Origin: Felis catus
Lineage: Eukaryota
Direction of reading: 5' to 3'
NCBI RefSeq assembly: GCF_018350175.1
Contig: NC_058386.1
Span: 125,488,001 to 125,552,000, forward strand
DNA length: 64,000 nucleotides
Positions within the stretch are counted from its first letter, which is position 1. The number at the start of each line of letters is the position of its first letter. The translations under genes and the position numbers were made by a program. This document shows positions 35,671-48,730 of the stretch, one piece after another. A model generated the notes under the pieces. It searched no databases and was not told the origin of the DNA. It saw only the letters and a list, made by a program, of their open reading frames with translations.

Positions 35671-37851
35671 GTGATGGTGGTCCCAAGGCCTTGGAGGAGT
35701 AGGGGAGGAAGAGTCTGTGACGTCAGCCAGGGAGAAAGTGAACACTCCGAAAAGAGAGGGCCCTGGGACCCAGCCAGAAGTTCCCCCACTTCAACGCTGG
35801 GCTGAGGAATTGCTGTCCCCAGAGACGGCTGTGACAACCACAGCAAAAGTGGCAGTAGAGAAACCAGGCAGGGGAGGGGTGGCAGCTGCTGGGTCCAGGG
35901 GGAGGATCGTGGTGGCAGGTGGCTTAGGACCTGGGAGAGAAAGCATCCGGGCAGTGGAGGAGATGGCGGTGGGGGGCGGGGAGCGGTGAGGTGGAGGCAG
36001 GTGACAAGGGGGGTGGCCAGTAGGAAGAGGGAGAGTGGGTTCCTCTCACACAGTGCATGTGTGAAGGCTGGAGAGAGATGGGCCTGAGGCTGGGCCTCTG
36101 GTTCTTGGCTTTGTTTCTTGGGCCAAGAGTGCCGTTGAGATGGTCCCGGGAGGAGACAGATGACAGGGATCCATTGACAATATAAGAGTGAGGGAAACTG
36201 ACCAAGGCCCAAGGCTCCTGATGGGGCAGGACAGGCCAAGAGCACAGTGGGGACGAGGTGTGGGGCTGAAACGAACAGGGGAGGGTGCAAGGAAGCAGGG
36301 AGGGCTGTGCCACTAAGCCAAACACGTCCCCCTGCTACGTACATGCCGAACCCCGGCTGTGGGCCTCCCTGGGGCTGTCCCCCAAGCACTCTCAGTACAG
36401 AACACAGGGCTTGATGTAAAGAAGAAGTTTCTTGAAAGCTCTCCCCGCCCACCTCTTTATAGACAGAGAAGCCAAGAGGGGCTGGCCAATGAGCAAGCAA
36501 AGGGCCATCAGTGACCCTGGGACAGCTTCCCTGGTACCCAGGCTCCCTCACTCCCAGATCTGAGACTTCTCTCTTGGCCTCAGGGCCACAGGCAAGGGAC
36601 CAACTATTTTGAACCACAGAAAGGGGGCCACCCCCTCTCCTGGCTCATTAGCTGTTTGGGGATTGCCATTTGCTAGAGACGGGATTTTCATGACACCCCG
36701 TGGGGCTGTGGCTCAGTGCCTTCAGCTCTCCTGCAGGCCACATACCTTGATCCTTGGCCAGCTGACTGTGACCACAGTGGGCCTCATCACAAAGGCATGT
36801 ACCCCTGGGAAAGAGGCAAAGGGGTGGTGCTGGGTGTTCCCTGCTATTGATTTTCTCCCCTCAACCTGTTTCTTCCCCCTCAGTGTTCAAGGGCAACCCC
36901 AGCAAACAGGTGGCCTGGGCATAGCACAGGGAGGGGGGGCCCGTGTAGCTGTCCAAACAAGGCAACCAGCTCTGAGCTCTGGGAGCAGAATGGACCCCCC
37001 ACGTGGACAGCAGCCATCAGTAAAATGGACATGGCCTCAGGGGCAATCAATACGTCCCCTGGTCTCTGGAGGAAGGCAGTGACACAGTCCCAAGGGAGTC
37101 TCAGCTCTTCTCTTCAGCCGCTCCCAAGCCTGCACATGGAAGGCTCTCCCCTCCCCCTCAGCACCCATTTCTTCCCCACTGTCGTCCCATAGCTGCTGAC
37201 ACCCGTCTGCGAAGAGGCTGACCGATAACTGAAGGAGGCTCCCGTAAGGGCCACCGAGGAAGGCTGGGCCCAGCAGCCTGCCCCATCTCCCCTGGCTCTA
37301 GAGCCTGGGGCCTGGGACAGAAGGACTTGCCGCGGGGCCACACTCCAGGGAGCCCGCCACACCCTGGGGGGCCAAGAAGGGAACCCAGCTTGAATACGTG
37401 GGGTAGAGGAGGCCACAGGCTTTCGGGAGGCGCTCCAACCGCTCAGGGCTCCACTTCCTAGTGCGGATGCCACGGGGGGTGGGCTGGCACCCTATCCCCT
37501 GGCCAGGGCGAAGGCCCGCCCAGCTTCCCAGTTGGCTCCAGGTAGGGCGTGGCGCCCCTTTGAGTGTGGGCTCCAAGGACAGCGCTGAGCTCGCGATGGA
37601 CGCTCAGGAAATCAGGGACTTGCTTTGGCTTTTAGCTTCCATATTCTTGGCACAGCGTGTCAGGCAGGCCGGGCGCCGGGGCTGCTGTGGGGCCAAGGGA
37701 GCCAGAGTTGACGACAGCTGACCCTGTGCGCTAGTGCAACCCCCCCCCCCCCGCCGCTGCCCTCCGTGGGACAGCCAGCTAGCTTTCCAAGAGCAGACAC
37801 CCAGGAAAAGTGCATAAGTATCAGGTAGGAATGTGTGTGAGCGAGCAAGTA

Positions 37852-38088
37852 AGCGTGTGTGAGAGAGCGGGTGTGAGCTCTCGTCAGCGTGTGTGAGAGA
37901 GCGGGTGTGAGTCCACATCAGCGTGTGTAAGACAGCATGTTGAACCCGTGTCAGCGTGTGTGAGTGAGCGTGTAAACCCGCGTCAACGTGTGTGAGGGAG
38001 TGGGTGTGAGCCCGCGTCAGTGTGTATGAGTGAGCAGGTGTGAGCCCGCGTCAGCGTGTGTGAGAGAGCGGGCATGAGTGTGCCCGTG
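37852..38088. repeat. ~34-bp minisatellite, about 7 copies (consensus agcgtgtgtgagagagcgggtgtgagcccgcgtc)
   Basis: Units can be read off directly from 37852 to about 38088. Confidence 0.9.
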
Positions 38089-39239
38089 ACCTTCGTCTAC
38101 ACTGAGAGGGGCCAGGTCTCAAGGGCTCTTCATGGGAGCAGCTGCTTCCTGCGGGCAGGTCAGACTTTGGGGAGGTGTGACAGTCCCCTGGCCGACCCTT
38201 TTGTCCTTTAGGTGTCTGTCACCGTGGCACCTCCTCACAGAAGCCTTCCCTGAGCCCCCAGCACCATCTTTCGTGTCCCCCTATCAACATTCCCCGAGGG
38301 GCCCTTACCCCAACCCGTGACCTCACCTTCACTCTGCCCGCCAGCCCCCTGTTTTGTGGTCCCTGCTGCGTCCCCAGCGCCCAGTCCGGGCCTTGCATAG
38401 AGGACACCCCGGGGCCCTGTTTGTCCAAGGCAAGAAAGAATTTGTGGCTGTGTCCACATGTCTTCTACCTGACACACTCTTGGGCTCTGAGCCCTGCCTG
38501 CTCTGGGACGGTGATGTCACTGTGGGCCTGTCACTTCTCTCTCCTACAGAGTCAGCCCCCTTGCACTTCTACTTCATGGTCACAGATGGTGGCAAAGGCC
38601 TCATCTGAGTTTGGAGACACCCACTGTCCCTGGAACTGGGAAGCTTGGGACTCCGAAGACAAGTGGCATGGGTCAGCCAGCTCCTGCCTGGCTGCTGAGC
38701 GTTTGTGGGCATGCACTCGGCTCTCCGTCCACGGGTGTGGCCAAGTGTGTTTGTGGATATGGGTCTTCTCAGCACCAGGGTTGTGTGTCTGTCTCCACTC
38801 ATGTCTGGGATGTTTGTGTCCCTGTGCATCTGTCCCCGGGTGTCCACCCAGGGCGTGCAGTATCTCTGTGTCCTGTGTGACTGTGTTTATGTGATAACCT
38901 TTTGGGGTCACCAACTTTGAGAATCCATCGTAAGCTCCAGCTTCCTTCTCAAAACTGCTTTCAGTTGTCAGACTCCCAACAGCAGGCAGTTTCAAGAGTT
39001 ATCACAAACCCCTGGGACACCACAGGGGCCCAAGAACCCCCGGGGGCTACGAACCAGCAACCCAGCTCCCCACTGCACTTGACTGTTAGGGACAGGACCC
39101 AGAGGGCAGGAGTCTTGAGAGGAAGCGGCAGCGGGTGCCCCAGTCGCTGCTCATCGCTCTTTCTCTATGCTCCCAGGTGCCAGGGCCCCCAGGTTTCCAG
39201 GCCAGCCCGCCCCCCACCCTCCTTCCAGCGCCCTCAGGG

Positions 39240-40010
39240 GGCACTGGCTGGCCGGGAAGGGCAGGCACCCGGGCGCATCCTAGGGGACAGAAGGGCGCAC
39301 GCCGGGAGTGTGGCTCTGGAGCCCCGCGGCCCCCGCGCGGCGCGCCGCCCCCCGCGCCCGCTCCCTCCTCCCTTCTCCTCCTCCCCCCCCCCCCCCCCGC
39401 GCTCTCTGCCTCCCTCCCTCCCTCCCTCCCTCCGCGCTCAGAGCTGCGGCTGGAGCCGAGCGCGCCGCGTCGCCCGCCGCCGCCGGTGCGGAGCGTGGGG
39501 AGCACTCGGCCGCAGCCCTCGCCTGCCGCGGAGGGTCGCGCCCGGCGCCTCCGGCCAGGCCGCCCTGTGCCCGGGCCTTTCCGTCCTTGGAGCGGATCGT
39601 TGCCCGCCGGGCGTCCGCCTGCAGCGACAGCAGCCGCTGGAGCCGAGGCCGCGGCGTCGGCCGTGCCCAGGACCTGGTAAGTGGTGCCCGGGGCGCGCAG
39701 GCAGGGGCGGGCGGGGCGGGCAGCCCGGCAGGTGGCGCGGCCCGCAGGTGGGGGGACGCGGGTCCCCGCCCACGGCACCTGCGCCCCGCGTCCGGCCTGC
39801 GTGTCCTTGCCGCGCCTCGCGTCACCCCGGGGACCCTGGGCCGGCGGGCAGCGCCCCGCACCCCGCGCCCCGCATCCCGCGCGCACGCGCATCTGCGCCC
39901 GGGGGGGAAGAAAAGGCCGCCGGGGGCTGCGGGCGGGGTCCTGGGCGGGCACAGTCTGGGCGCCCGGGCCTGGGCCAGAGCCAGGCTGCGCCGAACGCAC
40001 CTTCCCGGAG
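39240..40010. promoter_or_regulatory. ATP2B3: CpG island / ATP2B3 promoter
   Basis: Very dense CpG, GC boxes (ggggcggg) and C-rich tracts, upstream of the ATP2B3 coding exons. Confidence 0.85.
39430..39676 (+). other. ATP2B3: ATP2B3 non-coding first exon (start approximate)
   Basis: Consensus donor ctg|gtaagt at 39677 inside the CpG island; the next clear exon is the ATG exon at 57296. Confidence 0.7.
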
Positions 40011-40864
40011 TCTCTTGACACCCCCTCCCCCCCCTCCATGCCCTCACACTGTGTCATCTTCCCCCAACACGCTGAGAAACCCTCACACGTTCCCACACTG
40101 CCCCCCGCATGCCCACACGGCTGCCCTGCAGACCCTGCCGCGGGGTCCGGGCAGTGCAACAACGAGCCTCCCTGGCCACACTTGGGTAACTCCTTTTCTA
40201 TCCCTCCACGCGAAGCTGTCCACCCCCTCCTCACCTGTGTGACCTTGGCCAGATGGCTTCTCCGCCCAGCCTCAGCGTTCTCTAGGTTTAGGATTCTGGA
40301 ATTTGGAGGCTGGTATGGCATTTCCCAGAGGAGGGAGCCCTGGGTCTCCGCCTCGGACAGTCAGGTTCTCTCTCTAGGACCCGGTCTCTTTCCTTCTGCC
40401 GTCCCTGCAAGCTTAGCAGCTGGCCGGCTGACGAGGGGTGGCAGGCAGGACGGGGGCATGGCCCAGGGCCGATCTGTAGGGATCCTTGGAGTGAGGGTGG
40501 GTGAGAGGTTGGGGGAAGGTGTGGAGACACTCCCTCACCAAACAGGACAGGGCCACTATCCCTCAACTAAGAGCTTGACAACCCGGGTCCAGGCAGCTGA
40601 GTGGGGCCCCTAGGCATTCCTGACCCTCAGACCTGAAGTGGGTCCCTGCCGGCCAAAGTGTCGACTCCAGCCTTGACCCCGGCCATCCCAACCTCCCCTG
40701 GCTGCCAGCCTGGAAGGCATCCCCCTCGTTGCCCGCTAGCTCTGTGCCCTCCCCACTGCCCTCTCCCTTTAGTGGTCTGTGAGCATTTTAAGGCAGGGAC
40801 CTCTTGAGTGCCCAGCACAGGCCCGGCTCAGAGTGGGTACAGGTTTCGGTGCGGCACGTTCACG

Positions 40865-40960
40865 ACCTTGACCTCACTGAATCTGCAGAATCACCCAGTG
40901 AGGAAGGCAAGGCTGGGATCTTTGTTCCCATTTTTCAGTCGGGATAATTGAGGCCTCAAG
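40865..40960 (-). mobile_element. MIR fragment
   Basis: cccatttttcag...aattgaggc resembles the MIR core. Confidence 0.5.
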
Positions 40961-42184
40961 CGGGGAGGGGTCCTGGCCCTACATTGACTGGCTGGGTGGA
41001 GAGCTGGGGACGCTGCCAGCAGCCTGGTGGGGCAGAGTGCCTCCCACGTGTCCCAGCACCATTGTAAGCACCTTCCTGGACTCCCCCCACCCTCCCCCCC
41101 CCGCCCCCCGCCCAGCTGAGTCTCTCCGTCAACACCACTGTTTGCATCTCCCCCTTTCACAGTTGAGGAAAGCAAGGCCAGGTGGCTGCTGAGGAGGGAG
41201 CCGGGAACCCCTACCAGAACCGGCCCGCAGAGTAGAGGGCTGAGGCACTGCCAAGGCCTTGGCCTGGCAGAGGGTCTGAGGGTGGAGCTGGCCCCTGGAC
41301 AGGGAGCCAATTGGAAGGGGCCGGGCGGTTTCGGTCCCAGGGCATGGATCGTCCCTGCTGTTGGCCTGGAGGAGAGGGAAGGCCAAGGACACAGCTAGTC
41401 TTGATCAAATCAACCTGGTCCCTGCCCAGCGCTGCCAGGTGGTTTGAGCGAAGGGGCAGGCGGCTCTGGCACAGAAGTGTGGGGGGGACGGGTGGGGAGG
41501 GGTAACGCAGGCAGATGGAACCGGGGTGGCGTGGGAGGGGGCTTTGCGCAGAGCCAGAAGGAAAGCCATTCCTTGGGGAAGGAAGCCCCCGAGGCTAAGA
41601 GCACTCTGGGTAGAGAGCTACAGCGGGTAGCAGAAATGCTACGGCAGGGCCCTGAGGGGCACAGAAGGTTGGTCGGAGGTGTCTTGGCCCAGGCAGGAGC
41701 TCCGTTTTGGTGCCAGCTCTGGGCCCGATGGTCTTCGTGACCTTGGCCAAGTACCTTCCCTGCTCCAGGCCTGGAGCTTTGGAGGTTGAATCATTTGTGA
41801 GCGAGTGGGGAGAGGCCAGGCCCCGAGTCAGTGAGTGCTCTCCACCCCAGCACATCTTCTCCCAGCCCAGGAAGGCAGCCAAGGGTGCTGGGGTCAGCTT
41901 CGGTCCCTCCGCCTCCCCCAGCGTAGCTTATAGAGAGGGGCCCCTTGCCTTCCCGGTGGCCAAGGTGAGGGCGCCCTGGGTCCCCGGGGGCTTCGAGAGC
42001 TGAGCTTCAGCTGGTTCTCCTGAAGCCAGCAAAGCCAGGCCCGGCTTCCTCCTCCTCCTTACAGATCAGGTTGTCAGCACATAGGCGGGCTATGCATTGC
42101 ACTCCCTTCCAATTCTAAACCGAGGGCTGCCGTCTCCGGCAGAGGTTACAGGCACATTCAGTAATGTCAGTAATGACGGTAATA

Positions 42185-42385
42185 GTGATGGCACTCGTCT
42201 TGCGCCAGACAGCGTTCTCAGTGCTTCACACACATCGCCTCGCTTCATCGAAACCACAACCAGTGAAGCAAGAGCTGTTACTGTCCCCATTTTGCAGGTG
42301 AGGAGACTGAGGCCCGGAGGGGTTAGGCAACACGCCCAAGGTCACGCAGCCAGCAGGTGGCAAAACCAAGATTGGAAGGCAGACC
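42185..42385 (-). mobile_element. MIR SINE
   Basis: ccccattttgcaggtgaggagactgaggcccggaggggttaggcaacacgcccaaggtcacgcagccagcaggtggca is an antisense MIR core. Confidence 0.85.
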
Positions 42386-43225
42386 ACCAGTGGTACACAT
42401 GAGCTGATTGTCGCGGGCACTTCCTCTGTGAAGGAGCAGTCTCAGTGCGTGTCAGTGGCAGCTGACAGATGGGGACCTGGGCTGTGGCACCAAAAGCAGA
42501 TGCTCACCTCTAACCGATGGCGCGCTGCCCCGGGGCCTCGCCAGTGCCATCTGTGAGATGGGCTCAGGAGCCAGGCTCCGGCTGTCTCTTTGCTGGGGAG
42601 GGCAGGCAGAGACCTGGAATGTGCAGATGTCTCCTCCACAACCCCCCCTCCCCGCCCCGTCATTTCCCGGAAGCCACTTCTTCGGCCGAGGCTCCGGCTC
42701 CTCACCGCTCCTCGCTTCTCTGCCCCGCCTGAGCAGGCAGAAGCCAGGCCAAGTGGCGCCCGGCGGGAGAGCCCTCCCCTGCCTATGCACCTTCTGTTGG
42801 GTGGGAGGTGCTGGAAGGTGGCCTGGGGTACAGCCTGGGGAGCGGGATCTGGGCCCACACGTCACCAGGAGGGAGGGAGAGAGGATCCCAGATCCGGCAG
42901 TAAAGGCTGGGCGTCCTGAACTGCCAAAGTTGGGAAGGGGAAGAGGCTGAGGTCTCATGGCCGAACCCAAGCCAGAGGTGTGGGGGTGAAGTGGCAAGGC
43001 CCAGGTGGGAAGAAAGGGCTGGAGGTTTCTCCTGACCCCCACCTCTGGGGACCGGAACAAGAGGTTTCCAGAGGGCTGCCCGGTCAGTGTTACTGGGGAG
43101 CACCTTATCTGAAGTGGTCCTGAGCCTGCTTTGGGTTCTGCGGATGGGCCCCTCAGTAAGACGGGACCTTTTCACTCAAATGCGAGGCTCTTGCCTGCAG
43201 CTACGATCTCAAGGCACCGCCTACA

Positions 43226-43424
43226 GCCTCGCCGTCCAGTGCAGTAACCACTAGCCGCAGGTGGGAATTTAATTGAAATGAAGTAAAATTAAAGGGTTAG
43301 GGCCTCTCAGTCACACTAGCCACGTTTCAGGTGCTCAGTGGCCGCACGTGGCCAGTGGCTACTGTATCAGACAATGCACATAGAGAGCACTTCCTTCATT
43401 CCAGAAGGTTCTGTCACGCAGCAC
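43226..43424 (-). mobile_element. MER3 (hAT-Charlie) DNA transposon relic
   Basis: ctcagtcacactagccacgtttcaggtgctcagtggccgcacgtggccagtggctactgtatcagac...cattccagaaggttct, with an AT-rich centre. Confidence 0.8.
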
Positions 43425-43769
43425 CACTTCAGGGCCACTGCAGGGCAGACCCCAGTCCTCACCCAGACCCCGAGCTCACTCCCCTGCCCGTCCCCCGTTG
43501 GCCCCCTGAAAGGGAGCGGGCCGGCTGGGTGTGGACACCTCAGGGCGGTGTCTGGGGAGTCTGGGGGCCTTGTCCACAATTGCCAAGGGCTGGCCCTGGT
43601 GCCCCGACAAACGAGGCCCCGGCACGCTAGCTTGGGGCAAATCTGGAGCCGGCCCCACTCCCTTCTGATGAGGCTCCTGCCGTGTGCTCAGGCTCGCTCA
43701 CCTGGAACATGCCGGCGGGGCCCAGGCGGCTCCGCACAGATGGGCGAGGCTCTTGGGTTTCAAAAAAAA

Positions 43770-45340
43770 AAATAACGTTTGTGTCTCTCCATTTAAAAAT
43801 AATGCTCTTAACATGCATGCTGTTTATAGAAGATTCATAAAACCCAGAGAAGTAGAAGACGTAGGAACCCCCCTCGGTCCTATCGCCAAAATGCAAGCCA
43901 GTGTTTCCATCTTATAGGACTCGTTGCCACGCCGCTTTCCTTGCATAGGCTATTTATTTTCACATTACTGTAATTATACCATGGGCACAATTGTGTAATC
44001 TATTTTTTACTTTACATAAGCAGTTTCTTTATTAATATAATCCCTTCCTAAATGAATTTCTTCAAAATGGATATGGTTTAATTTTTTTTTTAAGATTTTG
44101 AAAGCCGTAAGTGCTTCTTGCAAAAATCAAGAGAGAGCTCGAACTGTGCTCATTTGCCCATTCGACGGCGACGTATCAAGCACCCAGGATGTATCCAGGA
44201 GGGCCTCAGGACTGTAATTACAATGTTTAATGGCTGAATAATATTCTCTCAAGAGATTATAACTCGCTTAATTATTTGGCTATTTGTGGAGATCCAGGCA
44301 GTCGGATCCGTTTTGCTGTCATCCTTGAGGCTCTGCGGACAGAAGCTCATTCTGCCAAATTGTTCTCCAGAAGGGCTCTTCAGTACATCCGAAAGCCTGG
44401 CCCACTGAAGCCTTGCCAGCCTTGGGTATTATAATCAAACAACCTGGCATAAATATCTGGGGCCAAAATATCTACTTCGATATCGGTTTCTTCCATGGCT
44501 CCTGAGAGTGAGCATTTTTCCACGGGTTTACTAACTGTATTTCTCTTTTCTAGTGATGCGTCTTTTCCTCACCTGGTATTTTCCCGGTGGGTTTGAATAA
44601 ACTTTCCACGTGAAGGATGTCGACAATGTAGCACACTTGTTCCAAGTCACTTTTAAAATTCTTTGCTCTTTGCCTTTGAATTTTTTCTTGTACCAGGTGA
44701 ACACTTTCTATGCCACATTTTTGGGGGATTTCTTCCCCTGCTTCTGGGCTTACAAAATCCCTGACAAAACCCTGAGAGCTATCCATTTCTGGGTTTGCCC
44801 TGCACGTGTGTGTGAGTGCGTGTAGTTGTACTTTTAAGATTTTTAACCCTTTCATTCGAGGGTGGACAAGCTTTTTCCACAAAGGGTCAGATAGTATTTT
44901 CCCCTTGGCAGGCCACACAGTCTCCGTCCCGAATGCAGACAGGACAGAAATGAATGGGCGTGGCCCTGTGCCAATAAAACTTTATTCACAAAAACACTTG
45001 GCTGCCAGATTTGGCCCTTGGGCCATGGTTTACCAAACCTTGTTCAAATCCAAAGGAAATCTGTCTTGGGGAATTATAGGAGGCGAGGATCTAAGGTACA
45101 CTGTTTTCCTGAGGGCCAACCCATCATCCCTGTTTCTTTTATCAAATGATTTGTCACCCAGCTGATGTGTGATGCCTCCTTAGTCCAGACGGATTCTGAC
45201 GTGCGGGAGGGTCTGTTTTGGAGCTGTCTGTCCCATTCTGTGGACCCGTCTGTGGGCTCATGCCTTTTATCTTTTAATACCTAACCTGCAGTCACACCTT
45301 AGCAATCTTAAAGCAAAACAAACCTCTTGCTTTCCACAGA
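43770..45340 (-). mobile_element. AT-rich block of ancient L1M (L1ME/MC-like) fragments, interrupted by MER58A
   Basis: Abrupt AT-rich composition with L1 3'-like blocks (tttaatggctgaataatattct; ctgccaaattgttctccagaagggct). Boundaries approximate. Confidence 0.55.
44858..45042 (+). mobile_element. MER58A DNA transposon relic
   Basis: aaagggtcagatagta...gaatgggcgtggccctgtgccaataaaactttattcacaaaaaca...gatttggccc. Confidence 0.85.
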
Positions 45341-47320
45341 CGCTGTGGATTTTCCTCACAGAGATACACAGGGGGAGGCGGGTGTGGGCAGGAGAGTGTG
45401 ATCAGAAGCAAAGGCTCACAGCTGAAGATGGCCAGACAGCCCAGGAGCACCAGAGCCTCCTGATTAAGAAACAGAGAAGCAAAGCTGGCAACCCAGGAGG
45501 GGACAGGGAGATGTGGGGATCACCGCGGGCCGCCCCCACCCTGGCTGCCGGGGACGCAGACGACGGGGCTTTGGTCTTTTTGCTTTTCTTTGGGAGTCGC
45601 GTCTCTGGCTTGCCCCGGAGGAAGGAGTATTGGAAAGAGCCACCGCAGTCAGGGTTCCCCCTCACTGGCCTGGGAACACCGTGGGTCCCTTCACCGTCCC
45701 CATCCTGGGAATCCCCGCGCGCTGCCGTTTTGGCACAAACCCTGAACGCGGGTCGAGGCGCGGGAGCAGACACCTTCGGCTTGACGAGGTGATCGCCGGG
45801 ACCCCTCGATGGCGGCCCGGGACGTGACCCAGTCACGTCGACCAGCCCTACGGAACGCGCTCGGCGCCCTGGGCGCATAGGATGGCGAGCGGCCTGGGCA
45901 CGTGCCTCCCGGGCCACGTTCGTGCCTCCTCCCGCCCCGCCCGGTCCAGGGGACCTTCCCTGACTCCCGTCCCCTCAACGGGCTTCAGCTCTGCTCTTCC
46001 TGGAAGACCTCGGGGCCAAATTTCCCGTCTTGCTTTAGAGCCACAGGCGTGGGAGGGGTGCACTGGGTCCAGGGACAGGGCAGTCTGGGCTCCTCGGGCT
46101 ACTGGGGTCCGCGAGTGCTGCCCCCTGGGTGGGGTGACCCCCGCGGTCAGAGGGAGGCTCATACCTGAGTGGCCCCGCGCCGGCAGCGGGACCAGAGCAT
46201 GGGGCACGGGCACGGGCCCCTCGAGGGCGGCCGCCACCCCATCTGTTCCCTCCTTCCCGCGGCCCCTGGCTCCTGGCTGATGGGCTGTGGTGTGGGGTGC
46301 GCCGAGGGGGAGACTCAGACACCACCTTGTTGTCACCGTCCAGCGGTCCCACCGTGAGACGGGTCCTCCTGCCTTCACACCAGCCCTCGGTCCCTCTCGG
46401 CACCTCCCAGGCCTGCAACAGCTTTGCGGCATCCTCTCAGGGCTTTGTGGGAAATGCTTCTGGATTTGTGTGCCGGTCCTCCGCCAGACATAGGCTTTCA
46501 GGACCTGGCAGGGCTTGATCTGTGTGATTCAGATAGCAGCCAGGCCCCTGGTGAGCCTTAGGTCCTGCCCTGGTCGCTAGACCCAAGCCTGGAGCCCTCG
46601 CAGAGGCCCCTCCCCCGACTGCAGCCTCCAAGGCACCGTCTCCTCCATCAGTGTATTGGGCAGCGGGCCTCCGAAGTCAACCTGGAAAGGTGGCGGGAAC
46701 ACTTTGGTGTGCCAGTTCTTTGCGTCTGGGTCACAGAAGGCCAGCTGGGCTCAACTCCCATCTTTAGTCTGAACATGTCTTCTCTGCTCCAGCCAGCACC
46801 CTTGCCACTCCACAGCCAAAGGAAAGGCCAAGGCCAAGGTCTTTTCTGAGTGCTCAGAATGACCCGTGTCTAAGTGGCGATGGTCTTGGTCAGTTCATTC
46901 TCCACGTTGAGTTAGCTTTATGGACCTGACTTGAACCTCTAGCCTGAGTTTGCCCACAAGTCTCCCATCCCCCACTGGGGCCTGGTCTTCTGGACTCTTA
47001 CTGGCCACGGGGACGTGGGTCTCCTTCTTCAACAGTCCTCCTGGCCCCTGACTTTGACCCAGTGAGTGTTCCCAAGGGCTTCAGCCTGTTTCCAGAAACC
47101 AGATCCTCTCCCCATCAGGACCCACAATGGGGCCTGCATGGACCCTACCCCCAGGGGACACCTGTGTTTCCTGACAGTCTCCTTGTCTAGTCAACCCTGG
47201 GCCTGCAGTGTCCCGTGGCCTTCAGCTGTCTATAGTTTCCTTAGTTACTTGCCTAGGCCTTGGGTGCTTGCAGTGGCTTACAGCTGCCTTTGGGGATTGG
47301 AAGCTGGCAGGGACAGCCAG

Positions 47321-47341
47321 CCCAGTACCACGGACAGAGCT
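47321..47341 (+). promoter_or_regulatory. RE1/NRSE (REST)-like element in ATP2B3 intron 1
   Basis: ccCAGtACCACGGACAGaGCt versus consensus TTCAGCACCACGGACAGCGCC, with the canonical 2-nt spacer. Confidence 0.55.
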
Positions 47342-48579
47342 GGGGAGACTTGTGGGGAGGATTGGGATCGGGCACTCCTCATTCTGTCCCTGTGTTCTCT
47401 ATGAAGGCCTGGAGGGCAGGGATCTGCTACCTCCCAGACCCCAGATGTATTTTCTCTGCTCCTTTGTGGGCTGGAGAAATGCCCCAGAGGCAGCCGTGGT
47501 GTTTCTGGGTCCCCTCCTGCCTGCTACTCCTGAGACCACACGCCAGGCCACGCTCTGCCCTCTGCGGGGCAGGCCCGGGACCTCACTACCCGCCAACTGC
47601 TCGTGGGATAAAGCAGGAGGGGCGTGGGCCAGAGTGTGCCAGACCACGGGTATGGGGGGAGGGGGCGGCTGGCTCAGGCTCCCTGCTGCAATGCAGTTCT
47701 CTCCTGAGCAGCCCGCTGTAATTGGATAATTAGTGTCATTATGCTTCCTGCCCATCAGCTCTCCTCTCCTGCTCTCTCGCACTCTCCTTTTCCAGCTCTC
47801 GCCTTCTCTGGCAGGAAGACAGATGACTGCCTTCCCCAGGGGAGAGTGGTGACCCCCACAACGACACTTCAAGGCCCCAGCCAGAAAGGGGCTTCCGACT
47901 TCCCTCTGGGACCCAAGGGCACCTGGTGCTCTGAGAGCCACCCGTGTGGGAGTGTGGACTTCCCTCCAGAAGCATCCTGGGGAGCCAGCTGTCCCCACAG
48001 GACCTAGCACTCTCCAGGAGAGATTCGCGGCCCTGGCCAGCTTGAGGATGGCCCCAGAAATGAGGAAGCCTCTGAGCATTGCATACAGCCAGCCCCTGAC
48101 CAAGTGGAATGTTCTGGCCTCACTAGTGGAGCCGGGTTCTGACCTATGACTCCTGGGGTCCAGATGGGCTCAGAGAGAACTCAGGGCTTCAGGGCGGATG
48201 GAGGGCGGGTGGGTGTGGCAGGTAGATGAGTCAACAGGGGGCATTCCCTTCATCGTCTTCCTGATGGAGACCTGACGGGCACCAAGAAACCCTCCAGGAA
48301 AGAAGGTGCCCTGGCGACCTTGTTAGGTATGCGGGCACGGTGTCTCCCTGTCCTCAGCAAGGAGGAACAGTGATCCACTTCCCAGACTCAAAAATGGACA
48401 CCCAGAGAGGTTGAGGGACTTGGGCCGACTCAGACAGCCAGGCTACAGTCCCAAGCCCTGAGGTTTACGGGGACACATTGCCTGTCTAGACACTTTGTTG
48501 AACTCTTTTAATTGGTTTTAATCATGTGTTCATTGCTTTCCCGGGGTTTCCTGGGCAGTCACTTGGCAGAGGGACAATG

Positions 48580-48730
48580 TAGAACTCTCTGGAGCCAGAC
48601 CACTTGAGTTCACGTTGGCCTCTGCTCCTTGCTGGCTGTGTGACCTTCAGTGAGTTCTTCGGTTTCTCTGTGCCTCAGCAGTGATGTGGAGATAATCACT
48701 TAGCAGCTTAGAGGCTCATGGCACCAAGCA
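48580..48730 (+). mobile_element. MIR fragment
   Basis: ctggagccagacc...gctgtgtgaccttcagtgagttcttcggtttctctgtgcctcag. Confidence 0.7.

Noticed and set aside
37566-37586. RE1-like ggacagcgct (also at ~54977 on the minus strand)
   Set aside because: Only the right half-site matches; the left half is poor.
37852-38088. CRISPR-like periodicity
   Set aside because: Mammalian DNA; the units are contiguous and have no unique spacers.
32700-39200. Possible relics of class II/III SLRP genes between BGN and ATP2B3
   Set aside because: No LRR-like peptides seen by eye; the region looks like MIR/L2/MLT debris and a minisatellite.
38902-40613. Long overlapping ORFs (446, 411, 310 aa) on both strands
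   Set aside because: They span the ATP2B3 CpG island; R/P/G/A-rich, stop-poor artefacts with no recognisable domain.
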